From contig NZ_JBARMY010000049.1 of assembly GCF_049802695.1 (NCBI RefSeq), forward strand, positions 1 to 44,703: a DNA stretch of 44,703 nt, read 5' to 3'. A program made the translations under genes and the position numbers. Below are positions 9,285 to 18,728 of this stretch, one piece after another (position 1 is the first letter of the stretch; each line of letters starts with the position of its first letter). The stretch comes from Mycobacterium sp. GTDB taxonomy: Bacteria > Actinomycetota > Actinomycetes > Mycobacteriales > Mycobacteriaceae. The notes beneath the pieces were generated by a model that was given only the letters and a program-made list of their open reading frames with translations, was not told where the DNA came from and ran no database searches.

Positions 9285-9802
9285 GACGGTAAGGGAGTGA
9301 AACGGAACAAGGTGTTGCGATTACGCGCCACTAATGCGCCGTCTTCCCGGCGGTAGGTGTCGCGAGTCTCGACGAAGTGGCCGGCGCCGAGCCGGGTCTG
9401 CTTCTCCGGCGACACCGAGAGCACCTCCTCGACGACGGTCAGCCGATCGCCCTCGAGGATCGGCAGCGGATACTCTGCGTCGTTGGCCGCGTTGATGAAG
9501 GTGGTGCCGGGCAACGGCACCCGCAGCGCAAGCGAGCCGGTCCGCGGTGCACTCGCCGGGTCCCAGGGCGGTGGTATCAACCATCCCATCAGCAGCGCGG
9601 GCGGCGCCAACAGTCCTCTCCAGGCCGCCGCGGCGAAGTCAACGTCCCAATAGGACGCGTTGGCGTCGCGAACCAGCGCCGCGAACAATTGGATGCGCGC
9701 AGCGCTGACGGAAGCTCTCGCGGTCCGCGGTTCGGTGGCCACACCGACCATGCGCAGTGCGTCCTGGTAGGTACCGAAAGCCAGACTGCTACCGACGTCC
9801 AA
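9281..9802 (-). CDS. MaoC/FAS1-like dehydratase N-type hotdog partner subunit
   Basis: RIQLFAALVRDANASYWD...APP, PILEGDRL, KQTRLGAGHFV are typical of HadA/ChsH-type partner subunits. Confidence 0.82.
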   Translation of the reverse strand: MDVGSSLAFGTYQDALRMVGVATEPRTARASVSAARIQLFAALVRDANASYWDVDFAAAAWRGLLAPPALLMGWLIPPPWDPASAPRTGSLALRVPLPGTTFINAANDAEYPLPILEGDRLTVVEEVLSVSPEKQTRLGAGHFVETRDTYRREDGALVARNRNTLFRFTPLPS

Positions 9803-9817
9803 TGGTGCCGTCCGAAC

Positions 9818-10243
9818 TCACACCGTGACCGAGCGGGTGGGTACCGAATCCCACTGCAGGTCACGGGAAGCGAAGTACCACCCGCCGCGCTCATAGATGA
9901 GCTTGTCCCGGTACGCGCCGGTCGCGCGCAGGGTTGTCGCACGCCGATCGTTGACGGTGAACAGCACGGCGATGCAGCGCTGGGTCGCGTTGACACCATC
10001 GACCGCTATCTCATGGTCCATGGTGACCAGCCGTTGCCCGGGGCCGCCGTCGAACGCAGCGCGCAGCTCGCTGAATACCTCGCCGTCGCGAACGAACGTA
10101 GCGCCGGAGTGCCGGAACGTCGCGATCCAGCCGTTACGGTCGCCGTCGGAATAGCAGCGGTTGTGCCGCGCGGTGAGGTCCAGGATCGCGTCACGCCCCA
10201 CCACACCGTGCAACAGGCTCTGCTGCTGGTAAGTCATGCTCAT
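9818..10243 (-). CDS. NTF2/SnoaL-like protein
   Basis: RDAILDLTARHNRCYSDGDRNGWIATF and TGAYRDKLIYERGGWYFASR match the SnoaL_4 pattern. Confidence 0.8.
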   Translation of the reverse strand: MSMTYQQQSLLHGVVGRDAILDLTARHNRCYSDGDRNGWIATFRHSGATFVRDGEVFSELRAAFDGGPGQRLVTMDHEIAVDGVNATQRCIAVLFTVNDRRATTLRATGAYRDKLIYERGGWYFASRDLQWDSVPTRSVTV

Positions 10244-10261
10244 CGTTGTTCTCTTCCCGTC

Positions 10262-11887
10262 TCAGCGGCTGACTTTATATCCGTGCGTCTCGCGGTCCCA
10301 CGCGTTCGGGCTCACGCCGCGCGCGCGCAGCTGGTCTTTGCGAACCCGCCCGATGATGGTCTTGGGGATATCGTCGACGATGTCGACGTAGCGCGGCACG
10401 CAGAAGTACGGCATGCGGGCGCCGCAGAAGTCCAGCAGCTCCGCATGATTCAGTGTCGAGTAGGGCTCTAGCGTCACCGTGAGCAGGATGTCGTCCTCAC
10501 CCAAATCGCTGGGCACCCCGACCACCGCGGCTTCCAGCACCGCCGGATGTTGCAGGACGACGCGTTCCACCTCGACGGAGGAGACGTTTTCCCCACGCCG
10601 GCGCAGCGAGTCCTTGACGCGGTCCAGATAAGTCAGATTGCCCTCGGTGTCGAGCATGCCCAGATCACCGGTGCGGAACCATTGCGGGTGTCGCTCGACC
10701 GGCAGATTTGATCCCGCTCCGGCATCCCCTGCTGTGACATAGCCTTCGCTCATGACGTGTGGATGCTTTGCGCGGCAGACGATCTCGCCGGCTCGGTCGG
10801 GAGGCAACGGGATACCGTCCGCGTCGAGTATGCGCACCTCGAAGTCCGGGTTGGGTTGACCTGACGTCCCGGGCACGCCCCGGTCGGCCACCCCTGCCAC
10901 GGTCACCGGGAAGGCTTCGGTCAAGCCGTACATGGTGACGACACGACAGTGGTACCGCTCTTCCAGGACGCGGTGCAGGGCGGCGTCGATGGGCGCGGCG
11001 GAGATGAACCGCAGAGGCAACTGGGCGTCACCGGCGTCTGCGGGCTGGTTCGCCAGCATCGACACCATCGCTCCGGCACCGGCGAAGCCCGCCGCCCCGC
11101 AGGCGCGCACCTCGTCCCACACCTTGGTCGGACGAAATCCGGACGCCAGCACGGTTGTCCCGCCGACCAGCATGGGAGCCAGGACAGTCGGCGCCGCGCT
11201 GAGGTGAAACAGCGGCATCGCGGTCCACAGCACCTCGCCGGATTCGAAATTCCACGCCGACGCCACGCGTGCGGCGGCGGTGAAGAGGTAATGCCAGGTT
11301 GTGGCAACCGCTTTCGAAGCCCCAGTGGTACCGGAGGTGAAGAACAGCGACCCGATGTCAACTTCACCGGTCGCACGTTCGGCGACGGATCGGGTCACGC
11401 CGTGCTCGAGCGCGTGGTCGAGCGCTTCACCCGCAACGACAACGCCGATCGCCGGATCCAATCGAACGGCAACTTCTTCGACCCGCGGACGCCTCTCGGC
11501 ATCGGTGATGATCGCCTTGGCCCGGGACAACTCCAGCGCGTGCAACAGAAAGTCGCCTTTGTTCGCCGCGTTCACCGCGGCCGTCACCGCGCCGAGGCGT
11601 GCGGCGCCCAGCCAGAAGTAGATCCACTCCGGACAGGTCGCCGTGAACAACGCCACGCAGTCACCGCGGGCTATCCCCAGGTCGGCCAGAGCGCCGGCCG
11701 CCGCGCAGGACTTCTGCCGCATCTGCTCGAAGGTCACCGGAGTGCCGGCGACCCGGACGAGCACACGGTCGGGGAACTGCCGGGCACGGCGATCCAGCAC
11801 AGCCGGGACGGTGAACTGCTCGACACCGAAATCAGCAGGGCTGACTGGTCCCCGACGGGTTGCCACCTGATCTCGGCCGGGCCGCAT
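10262..11887 (-). CDS. ATP-dependent acyl-CoA ligase (CaiC-like)
   Basis: FTSGTTGASK, YGLTE, FRTGDLG, RRRGENVSSVEVE. The exact start is uncertain. Confidence 0.93.
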   Translation of the reverse strand: MRPGRDQVATRRGPVSPADFGVEQFTVPAVLDRRARQFPDRVLVRVAGTPVTFEQMRQKSCAAAGALADLGIARGDCVALFTATCPEWIYFWLGAARLGAVTAAVNAANKGDFLLHALELSRAKAIITDAERRPRVEEVAVRLDPAIGVVVAGEALDHALEHGVTRSVAERATGEVDIGSLFFTSGTTGASKAVATTWHYLFTAAARVASAWNFESGEVLWTAMPLFHLSAAPTVLAPMLVGGTTVLASGFRPTKVWDEVRACGAAGFAGAGAMVSMLANQPADAGDAQLPLRFISAAPIDAALHRVLEERYHCRVVTMYGLTEAFPVTVAGVADRGVPGTSGQPNPDFEVRILDADGIPLPPDRAGEIVCRAKHPHVMSEGYVTAGDAGAGSNLPVERHPQWFRTGDLGMLDTEGNLTYLDRVKDSLRRRGENVSSVEVERVVLQHPAVLEAAVVGVPSDLGEDDILLTVTLEPYSTLNHAELLDFCGARMPYFCVPRYVDIVDDIPKTIIGRVRKDQLRARGVSPNAWDRETHGYKVSR

Positions 11888-11908
11888 CAGTGTTTCACCG
11901 ACTTTCGG

Positions 11909-13024
11909 TCAACGTTCTGCGGCCGCCGGGTCGGGCTCACCGTCCGGCGTGTAGCCGAAGTCGGTGGCCGAGGGCTGTTCGCCCGGGTAGAAACGATGCG
12001 CCCACCGACGAAGCGCCGCATAGTCGCGCGCCTCCTCGGGCGCTAGGTTCGGCTTCTCCAGATATTTCATGTTCTCCCAGGTGAAGAAGTCCTGTTTGAT
12101 CACTTCCTGTTGCAGCGCAAGGAACCTCGCGGCGCGACCGTCGGGCTCCTGCCCGGAGTGGTCCTGCTCGCGGATCGAAGCCTGCGTGTAGAAGTAGTCG
12201 GTGTAGTCCTCGTCGACCGGAGTCTGACCGGTTACTTGAATGGTGGCCACCAAGTCGCTGGGGAAGCGGACGACGCCGAGGCCCAATGAGTAGTTGTCAT
12301 AGATGATCTTGGCGTCGACCGGCCCGTTCGGGGTAAGCCAGGTTTGGGCCCGGCCGCCCCCGAAGTGGGCGTTGACCGTCGCATGCAGGTGATAACCCGA
12401 TACCTCGAACGACGCGGTGTTGGCCGGGTTGGCCGCCTTGTGCACATACTGCACGTGGTAGGGATCGGCGGCGTTCTCGATGATCATCTGCGCGTGCACC
12501 TTGACCCGATTGACCATCCGGCTGTACGGGTGCAACGGGTAGTACTCGTCGGTTTCCAACTCCGGCAGGACGGGCGGTTGCCAGTACGGCGCCCGGCCAT
12601 GGCGCTCATGCCAGACCAGGATGAAGCCATACCACTCGACGCTGGGGTAAGTGCGGATCCGCACGTTCTGCTTGCAGCCGATCTTGCTGTAGGGGATCAG
12701 CGCGTTGGTGCCGTCGCCGCGCCACCGCCAACCGTGCCAGGGGCAGACGATGTTGTCACCTTCGACGGTGCCGCCGACGGCCATGTTCGCGCCGAGGTGC
12801 TGACAGTAGGCGTCGAGCACGTGCACCGCGCCGGACTCGGTGCGGAACAAGACCAGTTCCTCACCGAAATAGTGCGCCCGCCTGACCTCGCCGGCCGCGA
12901 GATCCGATGCGAAGCCGACGATGAACCAGCCGGTCGGGAACCGGTACGGCGACAAGCCGATGCCGCTCGGCCCGAACTCGCGTTCCGACGGGTCCACCGT
13001 CGCGTCGGAAACCGTCTGCGTCAC
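11909..13024 (-). CDS. Rieske monooxygenase of the KshA/Neverland-like type
   Basis: FPTGW, DAYCQHLG...CPWHGW, ENAADPYHVQYVH, KQD..TWEN and C-terminal RRWAHRFY. GTG 13024 is preceded by GGAGAGG. Confidence 0.9.
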   Translation of the reverse strand: MTQTVSDATVDPSEREFGPSGIGLSPYRFPTGWFIVGFASDLAAGEVRRAHYFGEELVLFRTESGAVHVLDAYCQHLGANMAVGGTVEGDNIVCPWHGWRWRGDGTNALIPYSKIGCKQNVRIRTYPSVEWYGFILVWHERHGRAPYWQPPVLPELETDEYYPLHPYSRMVNRVKVHAQMIIENAADPYHVQYVHKAANPANTASFEVSGYHLHATVNAHFGGGRAQTWLTPNGPVDAKIIYDNYSLGLGVVRFPSDLVATIQVTGQTPVDEDYTDYFYTQASIREQDHSGQEPDGRAARFLALQQEVIKQDFFTWENMKYLEKPNLAPEEARDYAALRRWAHRFYPGEQPSATDFGYTPDGEPDPAAAER

Positions 13025-13078
13025 TACCTCTCCGTCCCAGGCAGCCGAAACGCATCTGTCGGTGCGCAAGACTCCCGC

Positions 13079-13096
13079 CTATTTTTACTATTTTAG
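13079..13096 (+). promoter_or_regulatory. Cluster motif, copy 2
   Basis: CTATTTTTA-CTATTTTAG between the divergent Rieske and P450 genes. Confidence 0.72.
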
Positions 13097-13190
13097 GCAT
13101 TGCACGTCAACGGCGGCAGCTGTCGGCTGTAGTGTTTGATCGACAGCAAAGGCGCCCTTTCGCGCCTCACGTGTCCCGGTGGAGGTTGCC

Positions 13191-14426
13191 ATGACGGCCG
13201 CCGCAGTTGACCTGTCGGATTTCGCGCTGTGGCGCAACGGGTTTCCCGACGAGGTTTTCGCAGAGCTGCGTCGTGCCAGGCCGCTGTTTCGGCACGGCAT
13301 CACACCGGGGGTCGCCAAAACCGTTCAGCGGGACTTCTGGGTGGCAACCAAACACCGGCACGCGGTCCGGCTGCACCGCGATGCAGAATCCTTCACCGCG
13401 GTCGACGGCCCGCTGATCCAGCCGGTCGACATGTTCACGTCCTACCCCACCATCATCAACATGGACCCCCCGGGTTTGAACAAACGCCGCAAGCTCATCT
13501 CCAGTGCCTTCAATCCCCGTGCGATCGCCAAGCTCGAGGACGGCATCCGAGCGCGCGCGGCGGGCATGATCGACCATCTGCTCGCCGAGGGCGGTGGTGA
13601 CTGGATCGGAGACGTCGCCGATGCGTTGCCGATGACGGTCATCGGCGACATCATCGGCATACCCGACGCCGATCGGCCGCGCATCTTCGATTCCCTGGAC
13701 CGCATCCTCAAGGCTCGATCGCCAGGCGCGCGGCTGGGTCAACAAGACGAACTAGACCTATATGCAACGATTTTCGGGTACGCGATGGAGTTGACTGCCG
13801 AGAAGCGCCGTAATCCGACCGACGACATCTGGAGCACACTCGCCTCTGCCGTCATCACCGGGGAGGACGGTGACGAATTCAGCCTTCCCGCGAACGAACT
13901 CGAGTTCTTCTTCTTCGTATTGACCTTCGCCGGCAGCGACACCACCAAGAATGCGCTGGCCACCGGGCTGCAGGCGTTCGTCGCAAACCCGGAGCAGATC
14001 GACCGCTATCGCGAGGACGAAACGCTACGGAGCGGCGCGGTCGAGGAGGTGTTGCGCTGGGCATCACCGGTGGCGTACTGGACGCGCACCGCCAAAGTCG
14101 ACGTCGAGATGGACGGTCAGCACATTCCCGAAGGCGCCCGGGTGGTCTCGATGCTTCGTTCGGCCAACCGCGACGAAGAGGTTTTCGACGCGCCGTTCAC
14201 CTTCGACATCGCCCGCCGGCCCAATCCGCACGTGGCGTTCGGGGGCGGCGGGCCACACCACTGCCTCGGCGCCATGCTGGCGCGTGCGGAGCTGCGCGCG
14301 GTGTTCGACGAACTGCTGCTGCGGTGCGCTGAGATCAACCTCGGCCCGGCCACCGCGGCCTACCCGAACCTGGTCACCAACATGTCGATCTATGACGAAA
14401 TGCCCATCTCGCTGGCCGCGCGTTAA
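13191..14426 (+). CDS. Cytochrome P450 (CYP124/125/142-like lineage)
   Basis: MDPP, I-helix AGSDTT, EEVLR, heme motif FGGGGPHHCLG; GGAGG RBS before ATG 13191. Confidence 0.96.
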   Translation: MTAAAVDLSDFALWRNGFPDEVFAELRRARPLFRHGITPGVAKTVQRDFWVATKHRHAVRLHRDAESFTAVDGPLIQPVDMFTSYPTIINMDPPGLNKRRKLISSAFNPRAIAKLEDGIRARAAGMIDHLLAEGGGDWIGDVADALPMTVIGDIIGIPDADRPRIFDSLDRILKARSPGARLGQQDELDLYATIFGYAMELTAEKRRNPTDDIWSTLASAVITGEDGDEFSLPANELEFFFFVLTFAGSDTTKNALATGLQAFVANPEQIDRYREDETLRSGAVEEVLRWASPVAYWTRTAKVDVEMDGQHIPEGARVVSMLRSANRDEEVFDAPFTFDIARRPNPHVAFGGGGPHHCLGAMLARAELRAVFDELLLRCAEINLGPATAAYPNLVTNMSIYDEMPISLAAR

Positions 14427-14437
14427 CCCACCCAAGG

Positions 14438-14629
14438 TCACTCGCTGAGCCGCAGCGCCGCCTTCGGGCACTGGTCGACTGCGGCGCGAACGTCGATCTC
14501 CAGATCCTCCGGCACCGGGCCGTCGGCGATCTGTACCACGTCGGCGTCGCCCATCTCGAACACCTGCGGCGCAAGCGATTCGCAGAATCCGTTGCCTTCG
14601 CACAAACTCTCGTCGACGATCACACGCAC
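14438..14629 (-). CDS. Ferredoxin, [3Fe-4S] type
   Basis: CEGNGFC...CP (CxxNxxC); 63 aa; AGGAG RBS. Confidence 0.93.
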   Translation of the reverse strand: MRVIVDESLCEGNGFCESLAPQVFEMGDADVVQIADGPVPEDLEIDVRAAVDQCPKAALRLSE

Positions 14630-14651
14630 GGGCCGCTCCTTTTCCTCTGAC

Positions 14652-17039
14652 TCAGACGCCCTTGGGCCGGGTTCCGATCACTTCGCTTGCCGCCAATCCC
14701 GCGACCTCTGACTCGGTCAATCCACACAGACCGCGCAGTATTTGTTCATTGTGCTCGCCCAGGGTCGGCGGGGTGCGTTTGAGCCAGCGGGTCTGGCCGG
14801 CAAGCGGCGCGAACGGCGGTCGCGGGTACCAGCCTTTTCCGGTACGCGGATGCTCCAGCGGCTCGAAGAATCCGCGGTGACGCAGTTGCGGGTTGTCCGT
14901 CACCAACGACGGCGACACCACCGGCGCGGCGGGAATTCCCGCGGCGGCCAACAGCTCGACCGCGGCTTCCAACCGCTGGGCCGCGAACCAGTCCTGCAGC
15001 CGGTGATCGATGTCGTCGGCGCGCTGTCGCCGGCCCGTGACGGTGGCAAGCGCTTCGTCGTGGCCCCAGCAGGGCTGGCCCATCAAGCCCATCAGTGCAC
15101 GCCACTGGTCGTCGCTGCATACGGTCACCGCAATCCAGTCGTCGTCGCCCGCACACCGGTACAGGTTCTGAATCGCCGGACTATGCCCCCGATTGCCCCG
15201 GCGGCTCAACGTAGTCCCGAACACCTCGAACTCGATGGGTTGTCCGGCGGTGACGTTCAACACCGATTCGATCATCGGCAACTCGACCAGTTGGCCCTGA
15301 CCGGTCCGCTCGGTGAAGTGCACCGCCGCCAAGAGTGCGAACGCCGCGTGGATGCCGGCCAGCGGATCGCAAGCGCCTCTGGGGGTTACGGGTGGCGCCT
15401 CCGGTGATCCGGTGACCCAGGCCAGGCCGGCGATCTGTTCCATGGTCGGCGCAAACCCCACCCGGTCGCGCCACGGTCCGGTCAAGCCGAATGCAGGCAT
15501 CCGCGCGACGACGAGCCTGGGGTTGATTTCGAGCAGGACGTCGGCAGTCAGCCGGAAATTGTCCATCACCCGGGGTGAGAAATTCTCGATCACCGCGTCG
15601 GCTCCGGCCACCAGGGCCAGAAACAGTCGGCGGCCCTCATCGGACGCGAGATCCAGTGTGACCGAACGCTTGTTGGTGTTCATGGCGTGGAAGACCCAGC
15701 CGTACTCCCACCAGTCGTCCACATCGGTGCGCATGGCGCCGGAGAACCGGATGCCGTCGGGACGCTGAATCGACTCCACCTTGATGACGTCGGCACCCAG
15801 CGCCGCGAGCGCATGCGTTGCGGCGGGCCCCGCCCAGAAGGCCGTGAGGTCGACGATGCGCAACCCCTCAAGCGGAAGTCCGCGCTGCACCGGCTCCTGG
15901 GCGAATGCCCTGCTCCGCCAGCTCCCTTCGTTGTTCGCTTCACCAAGTGATGGCGCGGCGCGCAGCGGCGCGGGCCGGCATCGTGACATGAGCCAGGGAG
16001 TGCGGGGTTGCCGAAAGCCGGCCGGATTGGGTACGAACACGCCGCGTTCGCGCACGTAGGCCGTGTCGCGGATGGTCGAGCCGTTGCCCAGCGGCGCGAT
16101 CGGCAACCGGAACAGTTGGCCCGATTCGACGATCTCGTCGACGGTGCGTTCGGCCATCCACGGGCCGATCAGCTCACGGATGAAATCGCGGTACTCCCAG
16201 CGGCCGATCTGGAAACGCAGTCGGGGGATCTCGGTGAGTTTCGGGCAGTCGACCATCGCCGCGAAGTCGAGCCACTGCTGACCGGTGACCATCGTGATAC
16301 CGACGAATCCGTCCTTGGCCGGCTCGATCGAGGGCACCTCGACTGTTCGGGTCACCGGCGGTGCCTGCAGAAGTTGAGAGTGCAGCCATTCACCGCTCTG
16401 CATCAAGGTGATGGCTTCCAGCATCGACATGTCGAGGTGTTCACCGGGACCGCCCTGCCGGACGCGGTGGCACAGCGCCAACGCGCCGAAGGCGGCGAAC
16501 ACGCCACCCATGTACTCCCCGAGCTGGCCGCCGATCGAAATCGGTGGTCCTGCGGGATCACCGCGGAACCCGGTCAAGCCGGACCATGCCTGCAAGGTGA
16601 ATTCAGTGGCCGCCCGCTCGGCATACGGTCCGCGCCAGCCGAAGTCGGAGATGGTCACGATCACCGCCCGCGGCGAGGCCGCCAATAACTGCTCGGGAAC
16701 GATGCCGAGGGTTGCTGCTTGCGACCTCGTGGTGGTCAGAATGATGACGTCGGCGGCGACAAGCTCGGCGGTGCAGCGTTCACCGTCGACCGGGCTGGTG
16801 ATACTCCGCTTGCCGGCGTTGAGGTAACTGAACAGCGGTGCATCGGCCGCATCCGGCACGGCCGAACCGCCGGCGGTAAACCGCCGTAACGGATCTCCTT
16901 GCGGCGGCTCGATTTTGCGTACCTCGGCGCCTGCATCGACCAGCAACTTGCCACAATAACTGCCGGCGATGCGGTCACTGATCTCGACGACGCGCAGGTC
17001 GTCCAGCGGTGTCGGTCGGCCGTCCGGCTCGCTAGTCAC
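14652..17039 (-). CDS. Two-domain class III (CaiB/BaiF) CoA-transferase
   Basis: Two repeats: LRVVEIS..IAG...GAEVRKIEPPQGDPLR...NAGKRS, and LRIVDLTAFWAGP...GADVIKVES...NTNKRS...ENFSP...PPTLGEHN. Confidence 0.92.
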   Translation of the reverse strand: MTSEPDGRPTPLDDLRVVEISDRIAGSYCGKLLVDAGAEVRKIEPPQGDPLRRFTAGGSAVPDAADAPLFSYLNAGKRSITSPVDGERCTAELVAADVIILTTTRSQAATLGIVPEQLLAASPRAVIVTISDFGWRGPYAERAATEFTLQAWSGLTGFRGDPAGPPISIGGQLGEYMGGVFAAFGALALCHRVRQGGPGEHLDMSMLEAITLMQSGEWLHSQLLQAPPVTRTVEVPSIEPAKDGFVGITMVTGQQWLDFAAMVDCPKLTEIPRLRFQIGRWEYRDFIRELIGPWMAERTVDEIVESGQLFRLPIAPLGNGSTIRDTAYVRERGVFVPNPAGFRQPRTPWLMSRCRPAPLRAAPSLGEANNEGSWRSRAFAQEPVQRGLPLEGLRIVDLTAFWAGPAATHALAALGADVIKVESIQRPDGIRFSGAMRTDVDDWWEYGWVFHAMNTNKRSVTLDLASDEGRRLFLALVAGADAVIENFSPRVMDNFRLTADVLLEINPRLVVARMPAFGLTGPWRDRVGFAPTMEQIAGLAWVTGSPEAPPVTPRGACDPLAGIHAAFALLAAVHFTERTGQGQLVELPMIESVLNVTAGQPIEFEVFGTTLSRRGNRGHSPAIQNLYRCAGDDDWIAVTVCSDDQWRALMGLMGQPCWGHDEALATVTGRRQRADDIDHRLQDWFAAQRLEAAVELLAAAGIPAAPVVSPSLVTDNPQLRHRGFFEPLEHPRTGKGWYPRPPFAPLAGQTRWLKRTPPTLGEHNEQILRGLCGLTESEVAGLAASEVIGTRPKGV

Positions 17040-17060
17040 CCGGCTCTCTCGTTCATTCGG

Positions 17061-17086
17061 CTATTGTGCCATTACTGCTAAGATAC
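17061..17086 (+). promoter_or_regulatory. Cluster motif, copy 3 (degenerate), upstream of the GntR gene
   Basis: CTATTGTG-CCATTACTG-CTAAGATAC. The last 18 nt match the reverse-strand copy at 7257-7274 at 14 of 18 positions. Confidence 0.55.
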
Positions 17087-17143
17087 GCATTTACCGCGCG
17101 CACGCCGTAGATCGCGCGCTTCGTCCGCGATCGTTGAGGATCT

Positions 17144-17965
17144 ATGACCACGCTGGGAGTTGGCCCCGAGGCCAGACGCCGGTTGTCCGCACCGCGGATC
17201 GCCGAAATCGTCGCTGACGAGCTGCGCCGGCAGATCATCGACGGTGAGCTGGCCGACGGCGATCTGCTGCCCCGCCAAGAAGTGCTGGTCGAGCAGTTCA
17301 ATGTGAGCCTGGTGTCGCTGCGGGAAGCGCTGCGAATTCTGGAGACTGAGGGCTTGGTGTCCGTGCGCCGCGGAAACCGGGGCGGGGCGGTCGTGCACGC
17401 GCCGGCGAAGACCAGTGCCGCCTACATGCTCGGGCTGCTGTTGCAGAGCGAATACGTGGGCATCGCCGATCTGGGCACGGCGTTGCTTGAACTCGAACCC
17501 ACCTGTGCGGCGCTGGCTGCGGGGCGGACCGATCGGGCCGACACGTTGGTGCCTGAGCTCAAGCAGGTCAACGATGCTATGGCGACGCACCTCAGCGATG
17601 GCGCCCAGTTCACCGAAATAGGTCGCCAGTTCCACGATCTCGTCGTCAGCGGTTGCGGCAATCGGACCATCATTGCGGTGGTGGGCACCTTGGAGACGCT
17701 GTGGACGAGTCACGAGCAGCAGTGGGCCGACGAAAGCGCGGCCAGCGGCACCTATCCGTCGATGAGCAAGCGCCGGGCGGTGCTCAACAGTCACGTCAAG
17801 CTGGCCGAGATGATTGAAGCCGGTGACGTCGATCGGGCGCGGCGCATCGCCGCCCGTCATCTCGCCGACACCCAGACCCACGTGCTGGCGGGTCGACCCG
17901 ACGAACGCATCTACGCATTGTCGCCGCAAGCCTTGACACGGCCACGGGAAGGCCGTCGTCTCTGA
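17144..17965 (+). CDS. GntR/FadR-family transcriptional regulator (wHTH + FCD)
   Basis: LRRQIIDGEL..GD.LP...L...FNVS..SLREALRILETEGLVSVRRG..GG; FCD features FH...SGCGN, H...I..GD..RA...H. Confidence 0.95.
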   Translation: MTTLGVGPEARRRLSAPRIAEIVADELRRQIIDGELADGDLLPRQEVLVEQFNVSLVSLREALRILETEGLVSVRRGNRGGAVVHAPAKTSAAYMLGLLLQSEYVGIADLGTALLELEPTCAALAAGRTDRADTLVPELKQVNDAMATHLSDGAQFTEIGRQFHDLVVSGCGNRTIIAVVGTLETLWTSHEQQWADESAASGTYPSMSKRRAVLNSHVKLAEMIEAGDVDRARRIAARHLADTQTHVLAGRPDERIYALSPQALTRPREGRRL

Positions 17966-17972
17966 ACTTCGA

Positions 17973-18728
17973 GTGACAGCGCAACCCATCGAGCCTGAAA
18001 CGAGGGACCGGGTGAGAACCGCACTGGTCACCGGCGGTAGCGGCGGAATCGGTAAAGCTTGCGCACGTAAGCTTTGCGAATCCGGGTATGACGTAGTGCT
18101 CTCGGCGCGCCGGGAAGATCCGCTGCGCGCGGCCGCTGAGGAGATCGGAGCCCGCTACGTTGTTGCCGATGCCTCCGATTCCGCCGGATTCGCCAGCGCC
18201 GTAGCATCTTTGCCGACCGTGGACTTGCTCGTTCACGCCGCTGGAACGCTGGGCGGGACCTACGCGCGCAAGCAGACATTCGAGCAGTGGCAAGCGATCA
18301 TGTCGGCCAATCTGGACTCCTGCTTCGTCGTGACGTCCGCCGTCCTGCCACGGATGCGGGCCGGTTCGCGGCTGGTGTTCATCTCCTCATCGGCGGCGCA
18401 TGAGCCGATGCCCGGACGGACCGCCTACTCGGCGTCGAAGGCCGGCATGAATGCCTTCGCCCGCGCGCTGGCGCTTGAAGTCGACCGCGACGGCATCAGC
18501 GTGCATGTCGTCACACCCGGACCGGTGGAAACCGAGATGCTGCAGGACGTTCCGTTCGAGATGCACGCCATCCAGGTGGCCGACGTCGCCGAGACGGTTG
18601 CCTGGCTGGATACCGTGGACTCCTCGGTGGATCTTCCGGAGATCCGGCTGGACGCGGTGAAGCGTGGCCCGTTCGCCCGCGATCCGATTGTGCCGACGGA
18701 AGCCCGCCGCCGCGCCCGGCAGCGTTAA
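17973..18728 (+). CDS. Short-chain dehydrogenase/reductase
   Basis: TGGSGGIG, HAAG, ISS, YSASK, PGPVET. Confidence 0.93.
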   Translation: MTAQPIEPETRDRVRTALVTGGSGGIGKACARKLCESGYDVVLSARREDPLRAAAEEIGARYVVADASDSAGFASAVASLPTVDLLVHAAGTLGGTYARKQTFEQWQAIMSANLDSCFVVTSAVLPRMRAGSRLVFISSSAAHEPMPGRTAYSASKAGMNAFARALALEVDRDGISVHVVTPGPVETEMLQDVPFEMHAIQVADVAETVAWLDTVDSSVDLPEIRLDAVKRGPFARDPIVPTEARRRARQR

